The position numbers and the translations under genes were made by a program. A model generated the notes under the pieces. That model was not told the DNA's origin. It saw nothing but the letters and a program-made list of their open reading frames with translations, and ran no database searches. Below are positions 11,838-23,859 of a stretch of 64,000 bases of DNA, one piece after another (within the stretch, counting starts at the first letter, position 1; the number at the start of each line of letters is the position of its first letter). Origin of the DNA: Alloascoidea hylecoeti (Eukaryota); assembly GCA_001600815.1 (NCBI GenBank), contig BCKZ01000012.1:310001-374000 (forward strand). The letters run 5' to 3'.

Positions 11838-12434
11838 ATGCCGGATTTACAAACCATCACACCTTCAGAGTCTGGGCAGCAGAATCAGTCACAAGATTTT
11901 ATTCAAGCTGGCCAAGTACAAACACTGCCAGTACAACAAAAGAAAGGACCAGAATATTATTTCGATCAAGCAGCTGAGTTTGCTAAAGTATGTTCTTCAG
12001 AATATCTTTGATACAAAGTGATGTCTTCTCTTTCTAACCGCTTTTTAACAGCAACATCCNGTAATAACTGTTATTGGGACTGGTTTATTTGTTTACGGTG
12101 TAAGTTTCCGTTTGCCATTCAAACCGTATAGAAAATGAAAAAAAAAAACTAACAAACATTGTGACATTAGTTCGCAGGTCTGTTCAAAAAGAAACANCCA
12201 GGTATTGGTGGTAAATCGTTTTATAAAGGAGGCTTTGATGCTAAAATGAATGCTAGTGAAGCATTAAAGATTCTTAATCTGCGAGAAAGTACTTTAACGA
12301 AAACAAAACTAAAAGAGAATCATCGACGAATCATGTTATTAAACCATCCTGATAAAGGAGGATCACCGTTTTTAGCAACAAAAATCAATGAAGCAAAAGA
12401 TTTCTTGGAAAGAAGAGGTGGTTTAAGAAAGTAA
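11838..12434 (+). CDS. PAM18: Mitochondrial import motor J-protein Pam18/Tim14, 3 exons
   Basis: [21 protein letters not shown]…[29 protein letters not shown]; introns at about 11988-12050 and 12100-12170. Confidence 0.92.
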
Positions 12435-12616
12435 ATAGTATATCATCATTTAACAACTTCAAATTTATTGTGATATAAACTGTAAATAGACTAACAAATC
12501 ATCTAAATGTTTGTTTATTAATTATAAATATATATGATAGCTATATCGGTCCTTATTTCGTGAGTTATTTAGTAGAAAAAAGTACAGGATACATATCTAA
12601 ATGAAGAGATATAAGG

Positions 12617-12654
12617 AAACAAGCTGCAAAAACAAGCTGCAAAAACAAGCTGCA
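12617..12654. repeat. 13-bp tandem repeat, about 3 copies (AAACAAGCTGCAA)
   Basis: Read directly from the sequence. Confidence 0.85.
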
Positions 12655-12861
12655 TGACTGACTTTTAATAATAAGCAAATAATATGAACATTAACCAATG
12701 TAAAGATCTGGAAATTCTGACAATGCTATAATCAAGAAAATATAGCAATAATTTACTTGATTGTCTGAAGAGTACGTAATTTCAAAATAATAGTAGAAGA
12801 AAAAGAAAGAAAAATAACAAGTAAACAAACAAACAAACAAAAAACGTCATTAATACCAAAT

Positions 12862-14703
12862 TTAAAAGAAATTGAACGATCTAATATTAAGTCTATTATC
12901 ATCCAATTCAATCTGTGACTGATCATTATTCAACCCCGCCACTAACTTTTTAATATATTTCTCAGATAGTGAAATNACTTCTAAGTCATCGGTAACTAAT
13001 ATAGTTGTCCCATTAGAAACAAGATCTCTAATTTTGTAGTATCTTTTTTCACCTGTTTCAAAGTTGTATAGGAATAAATATTGATAGTAACAATCATAAT
13101 TGTCTCTCAGAGTATCAATCTCATGAATTTCAAANGAGCCAACATAAATATGACCTTTTATGGTTGAAGTCAGCACTTCGTTATCACTTTCTAGTTTTAA
13201 TATAGCAGTCCAGTCCTTTTTAACATTATTAGGATTTGTAGCTCTNATATAGTTGAAACGCTCTAGTCCTTTCGGAACGCTATTTAAGGAATCATTACCA
13301 TGTTCATGATGATAAGAGAAGAGATCTTTAAATGATTTGGTATCCAGCTCGGACAGAAANTCCGTTAATGGTTTAGACACTACTTGAAAAACACCTAGTT
13401 GATTGGCATCTTTCATAATGTAATTATCAAACCCAAAAAATATATGAGTATCTGTGACATGTGAGAAGTGGCAGTGATGATTTAGATCGTAAACGCCCAA
13501 TACATGACCATTTTCACGTAGTAAACACCAAGTTGAGTATGAAGAATACTTTTTCCAGCCATGAATTGTAAAAAATAGGTAATCTTTATGTGGGATAAAA
13601 TATTTAACTATCCCGCCATCAAAATCTAAATCACTCTCTCGAGATCTGTTATTGTGTTGATTACGAAGAGTAGGATTTAAAGATGTTTTCCATAACAATT
13701 TGGAGCATTTGGTTGGATCGGGATTCTTTTGATATGCACAAAACCAGAACATTCCCCGACCATCTTTGTAAAAGAGATATAGGCAGTCATTATAAATACA
13801 GTATCTAAACCTGTATTTTTCAAAAGAAAAAGAATTTTGTAATTTCCATTGATCTAGAGGGGAGAATGTACTCGTGATGGTATTAGTGCTCCAAGGAAGA
13901 AAAGTCCGATTCCTGCGAAAATTAGAACCACTTTCTGGCATGACTGCACTAATATTGTCATCGTTATCGTNATCGTCATGTAGTTCGGTTTCCAGTTGCG
14001 GGGCCGTTGTAGTGGAGGAGGACAAAAACATAGTAAAGTTGGAATTAAAGTTATGCTCTCGCAGTCCTCCGCGAGCAATGAGACCAGATGCATCTGCAAA
14101 TGGGGAGATCAGCGTTCGATCTGGTCGGCCTTCGCATTTGAATGTACTAAATCGGCCTGTCTTGAAATCAATAGTGATCCAGTCCATTAGAGAGAAATCA
14201 TCAGAGAGAGTAACAATATGGCACTTGGAGGAATCAAACCAGTAATCGAAAGAGACATAATTGTTGGATAAACTTAAAAGTTGCAACACCGTTGTCTGTG
14301 TTTCTGGCAGTTTGTCTCTCCTCCAATTGTTTGGGGATCCTATTGTGTCAGGAGATACGTATGAATCAAGATCAGAAATGTCTAATGTGGTTTGTAGTGT
14401 TTTGGCTGTTTTATTGAAAGTCTGCAATGTTGATCTCCAGCAGTTGTTACTGAAGCAGTCCACTGGTATAAAAGGATCGAGATTATGGATTGTGTACTCC
14501 AGCAGCCTTCTGTGGTGTGGAGAATTGAAATAATAGTAGGTAGCTTTACAAGATGTAGCGAGCAAGTAGAAGTCTGAAATATCGAGGTGCTTTATGATTA
14601 GCTGGATAACCTCACATGGTAGCTGTAGAAGGCGGGCGGGGGTGGGAGGGGCAGAATGAGGCGAACGAGCGGTACTGATGGACATAGCGATGGGCATGGG
14701 CAT
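12862..14703 (-). CDS. F-box domain protein
   Basis: 613-aa ORF with N-terminal F-box LLQLPCEVIQLIIKHLDISDFYLLATSCKATY; remainder not recognised. Confidence 0.75.
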   Translation of the reverse strand: MPMPIAMSISTARSPHSAPPTPARLLQLPCEVIQLIIKHLDISDFYLLATSCKATYYYFNSPHHRRLLEYTIHNLDPFIPVDCFSNNCWRSTLQTFNKTAKTLQTTLDISDLDSYVSPDTIGSPNNWRRDKLPETQTTVLQLLSLSNNYVSFDYWFDSSKCHIVTLSDDFSLMDWITIDFKTGRFSTFKCEGRPDRTLISPFADASGLIARGGLREHNFNSNFTMFLSSSTTTAPQLETELHDDXDNDDNISAVMPESGSNFRRNRTFLPWSTNTITSTFSPLDQWKLQNSFSFEKYRFRYCIYNDCLYLFYKDGRGMFWFCAYQKNPDPTKCSKLLWKTSLNPTLRNQHNNRSRESDLDFDGGIVKYFIPHKDYLFFTIHGWKKYSSYSTWCLLRENGHVLGVYDLNHHCHFSHVTDTHIFFGFDNYIMKDANQLGVFQVVSKPLTXFLSELDTKSFKDLFSYHHEHGNDSLNSVPKGLERFNYXRATNPNNVKKDWTAILKLESDNEVLTSTIKGHIYVGXFEIHEIDTLRDNYDCYYQYLFLYNFETGEKRYYKIRDLVSNGTTILVTDDLEXISLSEKYIKKLVAGLNNDQSQIELDDNRLNIRSFNFF

Positions 14704-15128
14704 CTAGAGGGAAGTGGCCATTTATATAAGTATATAAATATAAATGTATGTGAGCTACCCGTGCGACGGAGAATCTAGAGACAAGAACGCTTATAATTGG
14801 TACCGGTGTAGATGTACGCTTTAAGTACGTATGAANAGTACGATCCTTTTGGGAAAAATAGAAGTTATCTTTCGTTAATTTTCATAACAATGCTTATATG
14901 CATCTGCCAATAATAATTATAAGCCTGTCGCAAAACAGCTGGCCATGGGCTATGCATGCTGTCCAGCTGCCAGTAATATCTATTTATAGAAGAAGGAAGA
15001 CTAATCATACTAGAATTGCAGATAATCATCTCGGTAGCCAGCTAATGGGCTTTCAGCCTCTTAACCATAAGATATTCATTAGAATGCACATATTTAATCT
15101 ATTGACCATGAAATATGATATAAACATA

Positions 15129-16482
15129 TCATTTCGCAACAATTGAAACTACATCTTCGTCGGCGATTTTGTGACTCAAACCGCACTTCTGAGGTGAATG
15201 TTTAGTACTCGCTCCCCACACCATCGCATACTTGAACTGTTCCTTAAAGTCTCGATGGATTGAGTCACATACGCTCTCGATCGTACTATTCGCTCGCACA
15301 ACTAGTGGATCTCCAAAGTTTGGTTCCACTCCCTTTCTTTTCGTGTATAATCTAATCAAGTTTAACTGATTCCAGATCTCTTCCACAAGGTCCTCCACTC
15401 CAAGATCAAGTTCACAACTTAGCACCACCGAATTCGCCTCTCTGGCTAATCGATCCACCTCCTCTAAAGATACCGCATCAATTTTGTTATAAGCGTAGAG
15501 ACATTTGATATATGATCGATGGCTATCATTGATAATGTCAATGAAATCTTCTACCGTCACGTTAGGATCACGTATCAAAACGTCTGCATTGTGAATCTTA
15601 TAATCCCTCAGAATAGAACCAATTAACTTATCATCCAAGTATTTAGGAGGTGCTGTGGAATTGATTTTCATTCCACCCTGCTTCTTTACCTTGAAATAAA
15701 TGTTTGGTCGCGGTTTGTTCAGTCTAATCCCAACTGCTTCTAATTCTCGTTCCAGAATTTCTCTTTGATCCGAGCTTTTAGTGGCATCTAGAACCATTAG
15801 AATCAAATCAGCGGTTTTAGCGGTTGCAACCACCTGGCGTCCTCTACCTTTTCCTTCGCTAGCTCCTTGAATGATACCTGGCAAATCAACTATCTGAATC
15901 TCGGCTCCTTTATAGTCTAAGACACCCGGTACTGAGGTCAGTGTTGTGAAAGCATATTGTGCCACCTCAGACTTGGTTTTAGTGCACTAATGTAGAGTAT
16001 GTTAATAATCCATGCCCATGGTTGTTAAAAAGTCTCAAAATGTTCTTGATGATCTTACTTTTGATANGAAACTTGATTTACCAACTGAAGGGAACCCAAT
16101 CAAAACGACTCTAGCATCTATAAATCAAAGAAGTCACGAATTCACGTTAATTAATGAAAATCGAAAATAAAAATAGAAACAAATGCCAAATTTATAATGT
16201 TATAATTAGTTGATTAACACTGAACACTTACCTCCACTCTTTGCTACTTCAAACCCTTGCCCAGGGCCACTTGATCCACCAGGGGCCGGTTCTAATAGCT
16301 GTTGTCGATATCTGGCTAGTTTACCTTTAAGTAGACCAATGTGGTACTCAGTAGCTTTGTTCTTCTGAGTTCTAGCCAATTCCTCTTGAATTTGCTGAAT
16401 TTTCTCACTGAACACAAACAGAAAATTAGCCCAGGACTAGCCAGTCTAGCTTATACAAGAAAAATGCTTACATGATACCCAT
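15129..16482 (-). CDS. RBG2: DRG-family ribosome-interacting GTPase 2, 4 exons
   Basis: [33 protein letters not shown]-loop exon; [34 protein letters not shown]-terminal TGS domain; three GT-AG introns restore the frame. Confidence 0.95.
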
Positions 16483-17037
16483 TTTTGCAATACTTTAGTC
16501 TCCGAGAAATTTCTCAACTATTAATTTTTCCCCTGATTCACTGTTGCAAAATATTTTTGTCTTCCCTGAGATTTTTGGGTCACGTTGTTTTTGGATTACC
16601 CGGACTATCAACTTTCATTCCTCCAATGTCAAAGGCGTGGTGGAGTCTAAGTTATATAAAATAAAGCTACATACAAATACGGAGTTCTGTATAAATCCAG
16701 GGACGGTTATATAAGTTATAATTGCCCCCTAATAAGTAGAATGTAGATGCCTTTGTGTTCTATGTTCTGTTTAGGGAAGTGATTTCACCATACCTGGCGG
16801 GGGCCCGCCCTAACCCGCCCTTGACTTTCCGCAATAGTTCAATTCCAATATTAATGAGCTAAAATAGAAAATACATGAGAGTGCTATTAATATTTTATAA
16901 CGAGGATGCTCAAGACATTGGATGATTACGATTTTTCAGCTGCAACAATCTATAATTTAGCAGAAGCTTGTATTTACTGGAAGATTAAGCTTAAAAAAGA
17001 TCGGATTAATAGGCAAACCAATTATATAACCCTAATT

Positions 17038-17078
17038 GGCTATATCTAACTGAAGGGCTATATCTAACTGAAGAGCTA
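17038..17078. repeat. 18-bp tandem duplication (GGCTATATCTAACTGAAG x2)
   Basis: Read directly from the sequence. Confidence 0.8.
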
Positions 17079-18974
17079 CATACTCGTATGCGGCGGTGTA
17101 AAAACTGGGGCATATATAAATCTTACTCGACTATCATATCTTGCAATTGTAAAAGATTGCGTTCCTTTTAATTATGGATTATATTACAGATAATCGCGAT
17201 ATCATATATTAAAATAAAGATTATACAATAAAATCAGTTGCTCCTTTTGTGACTTTATACACACTATAATATATATAGTTTATTATACTATTTAACTGTG
17301 CAATTGTATACNTTATAGCTGAGCGTTTAACTGATATGCAGGACAATGTTACCCTTTTTGAAACTTCTATTNTAGGATTAAACTCGGGTAAATATAACGA
17401 TAATTATAATTGCATATCTTCGGAATGAAGCAAAAAAAGGTCAACAATTTCACTCAATACCTCCCATAAATAAATAAATAACGATGAAAAGTCAAATTTT
17501 CATAACTCGTGAACATCATTTAACATCCAGCATGATTATAGACTTGCTTATAGGGCTCATGCATTAGAGACTTGTGTCTAAAACTTTTATTTTCATCGGA
17601 ATTTAAGGCTCCGTATAACCTTACATTAATATTATATAATAGATAGTAGAATGAGAGATGGCTTTATACAATATCAAGAGACGACCCATTACAATAATAA
17701 TACTGATTTTTATCCGAGCTTACATATACATCTATATAATACTTCTGGTGTATCAATTTCAAAGGACTGTTGTGAATATTTCCCGATCATATATAGCTGT
17801 CATCGGGCAGCCTTCTGATACTTATGATCTCGTATACCGTATGCATATACATAAGATCTTTTTCACGTTGGTCTATAATTAATACTTAACTGCATTTATT
17901 ATATATTATTATTGATGTATTATATTATAATGGAATAATAGAGAGATTCGAAAGATGGAGAATTAATTTTTAACCGCTGATTTTGTACTACACAAAATGG
18001 AACAGGAGAACAATATTGCAAATTGCAATGAACAATTCTGGCACTGATTGCATTGAAATTGCAATGGTACAACTTATTAACAATATATAGCTAGCAACTG
18101 TATTTGCCCTATATGTTATAATTATCGATAATTATAGTGTAGGCCTATAGGCTTAACTATTTGTTCTAAACTCAACTCCACTTTCGCTCACTTATTTATT
18201 TTCAGTAGTTATGGGTGGCCGAAATTAAGTGTAACAACTGCAAAGCCATATATATCAGGTTCTTACCCATTAACAAACTCCTACCTACATAGCGGGTTCT
18301 TTTGCCTATAAACATTAATATTGGATAGGAAAATATAATAAACAGCTCCAACTTGGTTTCTGCTTACAACGTTACATGGAATATAAGTTAGTTATAATTA
18401 AGAATTAGTTCAGCGTTATCAACTTTTTCCCCTGTTTATCGCGGAGCTAAACCTCACTTCCGAAAATTACCATTTTCGATTTTTATATCAAGCTATTAGA
18501 CGATAGAACCTGGTTTGTGAACAGTTGGACTCAACTTTAACAAGCACAAGTGGGACGTCTTATCATGCCCTGCTTGATACGGCATTCTTTCAAGCTAACG
18601 AATCCATTCCTGTGTGTGGGCTGAGTTAAAATTTTAAAATGGCTAAATACCAGTGGACTTACTATCCGTAGTTCTGAACAATAACAGCTCAATTCAAGTT
18701 CAAAGAATTTACCACCTACACTGTTGATAAGTGGCTGCATTCAAATAGGACTTCTTTCATTCCCTACTTTATTTTTTACGGACCAAATAAGTTGCCATAT
18801 ATGACGAACTACTAAAAATGGTAGATATTGCAATCTTAAGTGATTCCACACAAAACAAAATACTGGCAGAAATTTCTAATTACATAACTTTATATTGATG
18901 AACTCTACTAATTCTTTTTCGTCCCAAGTCATTAAATAATCAACATAATGAAAAGAAATCTTCTATTTATTTCT

Positions 18975-19560
18975 GTAGCGCTGACAATAATTCTCCTCTA
19001 TTAGTTCGTACCGTGTTTCCCCAGGAGACTCTAAATTCTTACTAGATACAGGAGCAAAATTTTCTCTAATAAATGAATATTTACTCAAAAAATTTAATAT
19101 CCCCACTAGAGATAATAAGGGACAAATTTAGAATTCGGAAGAAAAAACCATACAGATACTTTTCGTGACCGTTTTTTTAACACACACTACTAGAAAGTTC
19201 ACTTACAATTGGCACAAAATTTCAAAGAATGTTAAGCTAATATTTGAATTTACTCCTGGTTACAACTTTTTGCAACAGTATAGTAGAACGCTCGAGCACT
19301 TATCAGTCTTGAATCAAAAGGGATTTCATTTAACACCATCATCATTGAGATTCCTTCACCACATAAAACGGAAACATAACTCAACAGCAAATTAAATGCG
19401 ACAATTTCATCACCTCAAGATTATCTCAAATCTCTCGATGGCCGCCGAACTTACTGAAGAGTTATATTGTGTCACACAAAATTGTTCACCCCTAGGTACT
19501 CTATAGCTCTACCACCAAAAAGAAACTCGGAAAAAGATTTTACACAGGAGAATCTGGTAG
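18975..19560 (+). mobile_element. Degenerate LTR-retrotransposon (Ty3/gypsy-like) pol relic: aspartic protease region
   Basis: 19033 onward reads KFLLDTGAKFSLINEYLLKKFNIP (retropepsin D-T-G-A); LPPKR at 19509-19523 resembles the gypsy protease-RT linker; stops and frameshifts lie between; boundaries approximate. Confidence 0.6.
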
Positions 19561-19634
19561 TATATTTTCATAGATTACACAATCATTTGGCTTCATTTAG
19601 CAAAGATGATTTTCTGAACTCGCAGTTCTTAACA

Positions 19635-19787
19635 AGCGTAGTAGTAGCGTATAGTTGTTATTCAACTCTAACCTTATCAGGACTTGTCGGACACTGTCGG
19701 ACACCACCCACCGGATCGGGCTTTTCTCGGCCATTCGGTACCTTCTGCGCAAGGCCCGAAATGCTCTTCAGGGACGCGCAGCTACGT
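19635..19787. mobile_element. Short GC-rich MITE-like insertion
   Basis: About 150 bp, much richer in GC than its flanks; ends AGCGTAG…CTACGT form a short imperfect inverted repeat; internal TGTCGGACAC tandem duplication. Confidence 0.35.
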
Positions 19788-19932
19788 ACATAATACATAG
19801 CAATGGTTCCTAAAAGAGAAAGTAGGTTCACGCACGTTAACATAGATTGCATAAACGAAGTTCGTATCCATTTATTGGAAAAAGCCAAAATATTACTGAC
19901 AACTAGACAAAATCCATCTAAACAATTATAAT

Positions 19933-21114
19933 ATGTCCTTTCTCAAGAATATTCATAATACAACCGATTTTTTATCTGAAATAATCTTCTCAAACTTGCA
20001 ACTAAAAACGTCAGTCACTTGTAGAAGAGGTTCGAAATCATGGAAACAAATAGTTGAAGATAATGATATATGGAGACTAAAATTTCAAGATAAAAAATCT
20101 TGGAAATACTATAATGACAATTCAGAGACAGATTCCTAGTATGAATTATGTAAAGAACGTTATATTCTAAAATCAAATTGGAAAAATGATAAATTTACAC
20201 AACATATATTAAGAGGTCATTGCAAAAACAGAAAATTGTACAATAAGAATTTGGGATAATGAAACTTTTAAATGTTTAAGAGTTTTAGGCGAACCAACTC
20301 CTAAGATTTCAAGGCCAAAATTATCAGATATGGAAATATTGGAATTATCAAAAAATAAAGATATTAAATCTCATTTAGATGGTATTAGATGTATCGATAC
20401 TAATGATAAATATTTAGTTTCTGGTTCAGGGTATAATTTGGAAATTACCTGATTTTAAACCAATAGATCGTTTGATATTACCAAGACAAATAGGTGCTGA
20501 AGTATCATTAAGTGAGGTGGTAGATGTCACTTTATGCAACGATTACATTGTATGTTTAGTTAACCGTGGGTAAGTTATAATAAATTAAAACGGTCCAATT
20601 ACAGTTTAATTTACAACACCATTTAAAATTAAGACGTTCCTTTAGTAGTATTTGCATTTATAATAGGATTATATATGGTAGAGAATTATATGCTATAAAT
20701 AAGATCGTGGAATATTGAAACTGGTCATGAAATTAAAGAACTTCGTTATATTTCAAGCTTAAGTTGCATTACAGCAATGGATCGATACTTGTTTATTGCT
20801 GAATTATACAACGTAAGAGCTCTGGATTTACAAACTAATAAAGCAAAGATCTTACCTGATGAACTGGTGGTAGATGGATCACTTATAGCTAATGATAAAA
20901 TCATTTCTATTAATGAAGATATCACTATTAAGATTCGGAATTTAAATTATTCAAAAAATTTAAATTTTATTTAGAAGGTCGGAAATTGGTTTTAGGTTCT
21001 AATTGTTCAATTGGTTTTGATTCAAAAAATATATATGCTTTTACTGTGAATGGTGATGTGGTTATTTGTGATTTCACTGAAAATTTAAGGAAAAAATATT
21101 TAAAATATTTATAA
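19933..21114 (+). pseudogene. Decayed F-box/WD40-repeat protein gene
   Basis: F-box (…LSEIIFSNLQLKTSVTCRRGSKSWKQIVEDNDIW); in-frame TAG at 20137-20139 at a likely Trp; then LRGH, IRIWDNETFKCLRVL, SHLDGIRCIDTNDKYLVSGS and IIWKLPDF WD40 fragments spread over frames; ends GDVVICDFTENLRKKYLKYL*. Confidence 0.8.
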
Positions 21115-21855
21115 TCGATAATCTATTGAAAATTGAAAATAAGGCATTTCTTTTTAAAGAAATTTTAATTGAAATAATCATTTTAATAACTATTTATTGG
21201 TAATATATAAATCACAATTATTAGTTCGGGATACACTCTTTAAAGCCCAGTCTAAAATACTAATAGATACATACGTGAATAATATATTTATAACTGTGGA
21301 TCAAATTACTGAAGCTTAAGACACTAATTCTACTTTGTCATAATTATAGCTAAATTAATCATAATTTAATTAGAAAAAAAGAAACAAACATAAACAGTTC
21401 ATTTATAAATAAGTACACAACAAGCTTAAGTATAACAATTGTTCTTTCTCGTTGAATAGGGAATGCATTAATTATAAACTGTAGAAGCCGGTATACATTG
21501 TAATGTATATATAAATGTGTTGTATACCATAAATTAAAGTCAAAATTGGGAAGAATATGCGTATGGTGCTTCAGAAGAAGAAAAAGGTAAAATCTCATGA
21601 TCAAATCATTACACTCAAATTTTCTACTAACAAAAAATGATGTTCATAAAAACATAAAAGAGTCATTATTTATAAATAATTATTAATGATAATATCATTT
21701 TATAAGAAAAAGGGTAATTAAAAAGTTGCAAAAGGGATTCATAATTTCATATCCAATAATTCCATTAATATATTATTTTAACCAATTGCAATTTTTTTTT
21801 TTTTATTTCTTTTAATGAAATGTAAGACAAAACAAAAATGTTTCATTCTTGGATT

Positions 21856-23859
21856 CTAAACTTTACTTTTCCTTCTAAATAAACCAAACTTTTTGGGTTT
21901 TGGAGAACTAGAGGTAACACTGTCATTTGAAACATAATTATCCAACTTCCAAAATGAACCTCTTCGATGACCACTTGAAACGGGAACAACACTAGGTGCA
22001 GATTTTCTTGATTCAATTTTTGAAGACATATTTGAAAATCTACTTGAACGCTGTGATGATGACCCTGAATAGATCGATTGTGGATCTAGTGGATTATCTC
22101 TTGGTGAAGTACGAGATTTATTCGTCTTTTTGGAAGTATCGATTTCATAATCATCTAATAATGATCTGACTCGAGTCACTCTGGAATCCATTGCAGGACT
22201 AATGCTATTATTTGAAAAATCTCCATAATGGTAATTATTATGATTTGGTTTCTTTGTTTGTGCAAATGTAACAGAAATTGGGCTAACTGAGGATTGACGA
22301 TTTCCAGAATCCTGAATAATTGGGGTCAAATTGTATGATTTTGTTGGAGAATATTTAGTTATGATAGGCAAGGAATTTGGGCCGTCTTCAATTAAGCTTG
22401 GTCTACCCGAAATATTAATTGGGTCTTTATTATATATTTGATTATGAGATGATTTATCAGATACTCTTCTAATTAAATTATGAAAATAAGCTTCATCGTA
22501 TTGGGGAGGATTTTCTGTTATGTTGGTTTGAGATGGGTCATCTCGTTCCGTTGTTATCGTTGGAGGCAGATCTGATGGTGAAATGTCTTCCGATAATCGG
22601 AATACTGATTGCATGTAATTCGACTTCTTCTTGCATTTAAGCAAATCATCGTGTCCTTTGATAGGTTTCATTGATAAAGAAGGGACAATAATCACAGGAA
22701 CAGGAGATTTTAATATTGTTTTATCAGTCAGTAATCTTGAAAACTCGTGCTTAATATTTGCCTCTTGATAATTTTTGGATCCAAAGATCATGGCATCTGG
22801 AACATAAACACTAAAAGCGGAGGCAAGAATATGTAAAGGACTACCTACAGCCAAATCAACAGTGATGGAAACCTTTAAATTTGGGTTCAATTCTGAACGG
22901 CAATAATTTAAAATATTCTCTGCTTTTGAACGTAATAAACGGCGCGTTTGTGGAATGTGGGCGGCGGAAGGAGGACTTGAGTTTATAACGTTATCTGTTG
23001 TTGATGGAGAATTAACTCTTGGACATAAAGGTTTATTTGAAATTGAGAATGAACCTCTTCCTCTATGCGATTTATATAAAGACATATTGTCCTTTTCGGG
23101 AGAGAAAGCATTAAGATTAAAAGAGTTTGATAAATCTCTTTTAAATGGACTGGTGCTTCTGTTGCCTGTAGCCTTAGGCTCATTAACATGCAGCTCACTC
23201 TCAGATTCCATTATAGTCACTGCAGAACGTGCTTCGTCGGAAGACACAGTAGCAATGACTATCAAAGAATCATTGTCATTCAGTAGTTTGACTAATGCCC
23301 ACTGCAACCCTACCCAGGTATGTCGTCGGCCACTTATATAACAAATAAAGGTTCTTCCTCTTGATTTTCCCTTCTCTTCGATTCCCGAATAGGCAGTGTG
23401 CTTCCAATTTGCAGTGAATGAATTGAAGGTGATAGTAGGTCTTGAAGGATAAGACAAAGGTCCAATGGATGACAAAAGCTTCTCAATTTCCTTCGGGGAA
23501 GGCTGGGAAGGCGTATCAATTTCTAAAGTGCGCGTTGGGTCAAATTTATCCATATTAAACATGTCGACAGCCTTGATTCTTCGTGGAGCTGGTCCTAACA
23601 ATGAAGAGTAAGTGTGGACTGGCTCTGCTACAGCTGGCTCTTTAGGAGGGGCTTTCGGAACCTCATCCGAATCCTCTGAATCTGAATCATCTTCATATTG
23701 GTGCTTCTTTGGAGTCTGGTCGGGTTGAGTGTTCGAAGATGGGAGCTTCAGAGCCGAATGTAGCGGAGTTGGAAGGACCTGGGATAGCCTTCTTGGCTTA
23801 TAAATGTCTGTGCTGGGAAAGTAAGATAAGCCGATGGTGTCAAAGGAGACAGATGCCAT
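21856..23859 (-). CDS. Universal stress protein (Usp)-like domain protein with long disordered regions
   Basis: RTFICYISGRRHTWVGLQWALVKLLNDNDSLIVI…YVPDAMIFGSK…ILKSPVPVIIV matches fungal Usp-domain proteins. Confidence 0.75.
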   Translation of the reverse strand: MASVSFDTIGLSYFPSTDIYKPRRLSQVLPTPLHSALKLPSSNTQPDQTPKKHQYEDDSDSEDSDEVPKAPPKEPAVAEPVHTYSSLLGPAPRRIKAVDMFNMDKFDPTRTLEIDTPSQPSPKEIEKLLSSIGPLSYPSRPTITFNSFTANWKHTAYSGIEEKGKSRGRTFICYISGRRHTWVGLQWALVKLLNDNDSLIVIATVSSDEARSAVTIMESESELHVNEPKATGNRSTSPFKRDLSNSFNLNAFSPEKDNMSLYKSHRGRGSFSISNKPLCPRVNSPSTTDNVINSSPPSAAHIPQTRRLLRSKAENILNYCRSELNPNLKVSITVDLAVGSPLHILASAFSVYVPDAMIFGSKNYQEANIKHEFSRLLTDKTILKSPVPVIIVPSLSMKPIKGHDDLLKCKKKSNYMQSVFRLSEDISPSDLPPTITTERDDPSQTNITENPPQYDEAYFHNLIRRVSDKSSHNQIYNKDPINISGRPSLIEDGPNSLPIITKYSPTKSYNLTPIIQDSGNRQSSVSPISVTFAQTKKPNHNNYHYGDFSNNSISPAMDSRVTRVRSLLDDYEIDTSKKTNKSRTSPRDNPLDPQSIYSGSSSQRSSRFSNMSSKIESRKSAPSVVPVSSGHRRGSFWKLDNYVSNDSVTSSSPKPKKFGLFRRKSKV

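Noticed and set aside
12617..17078. Short direct repeats as a CRISPR-like array
   Set aside because: Only 2-3 adjacent copies with no spacers, in a eukaryotic context
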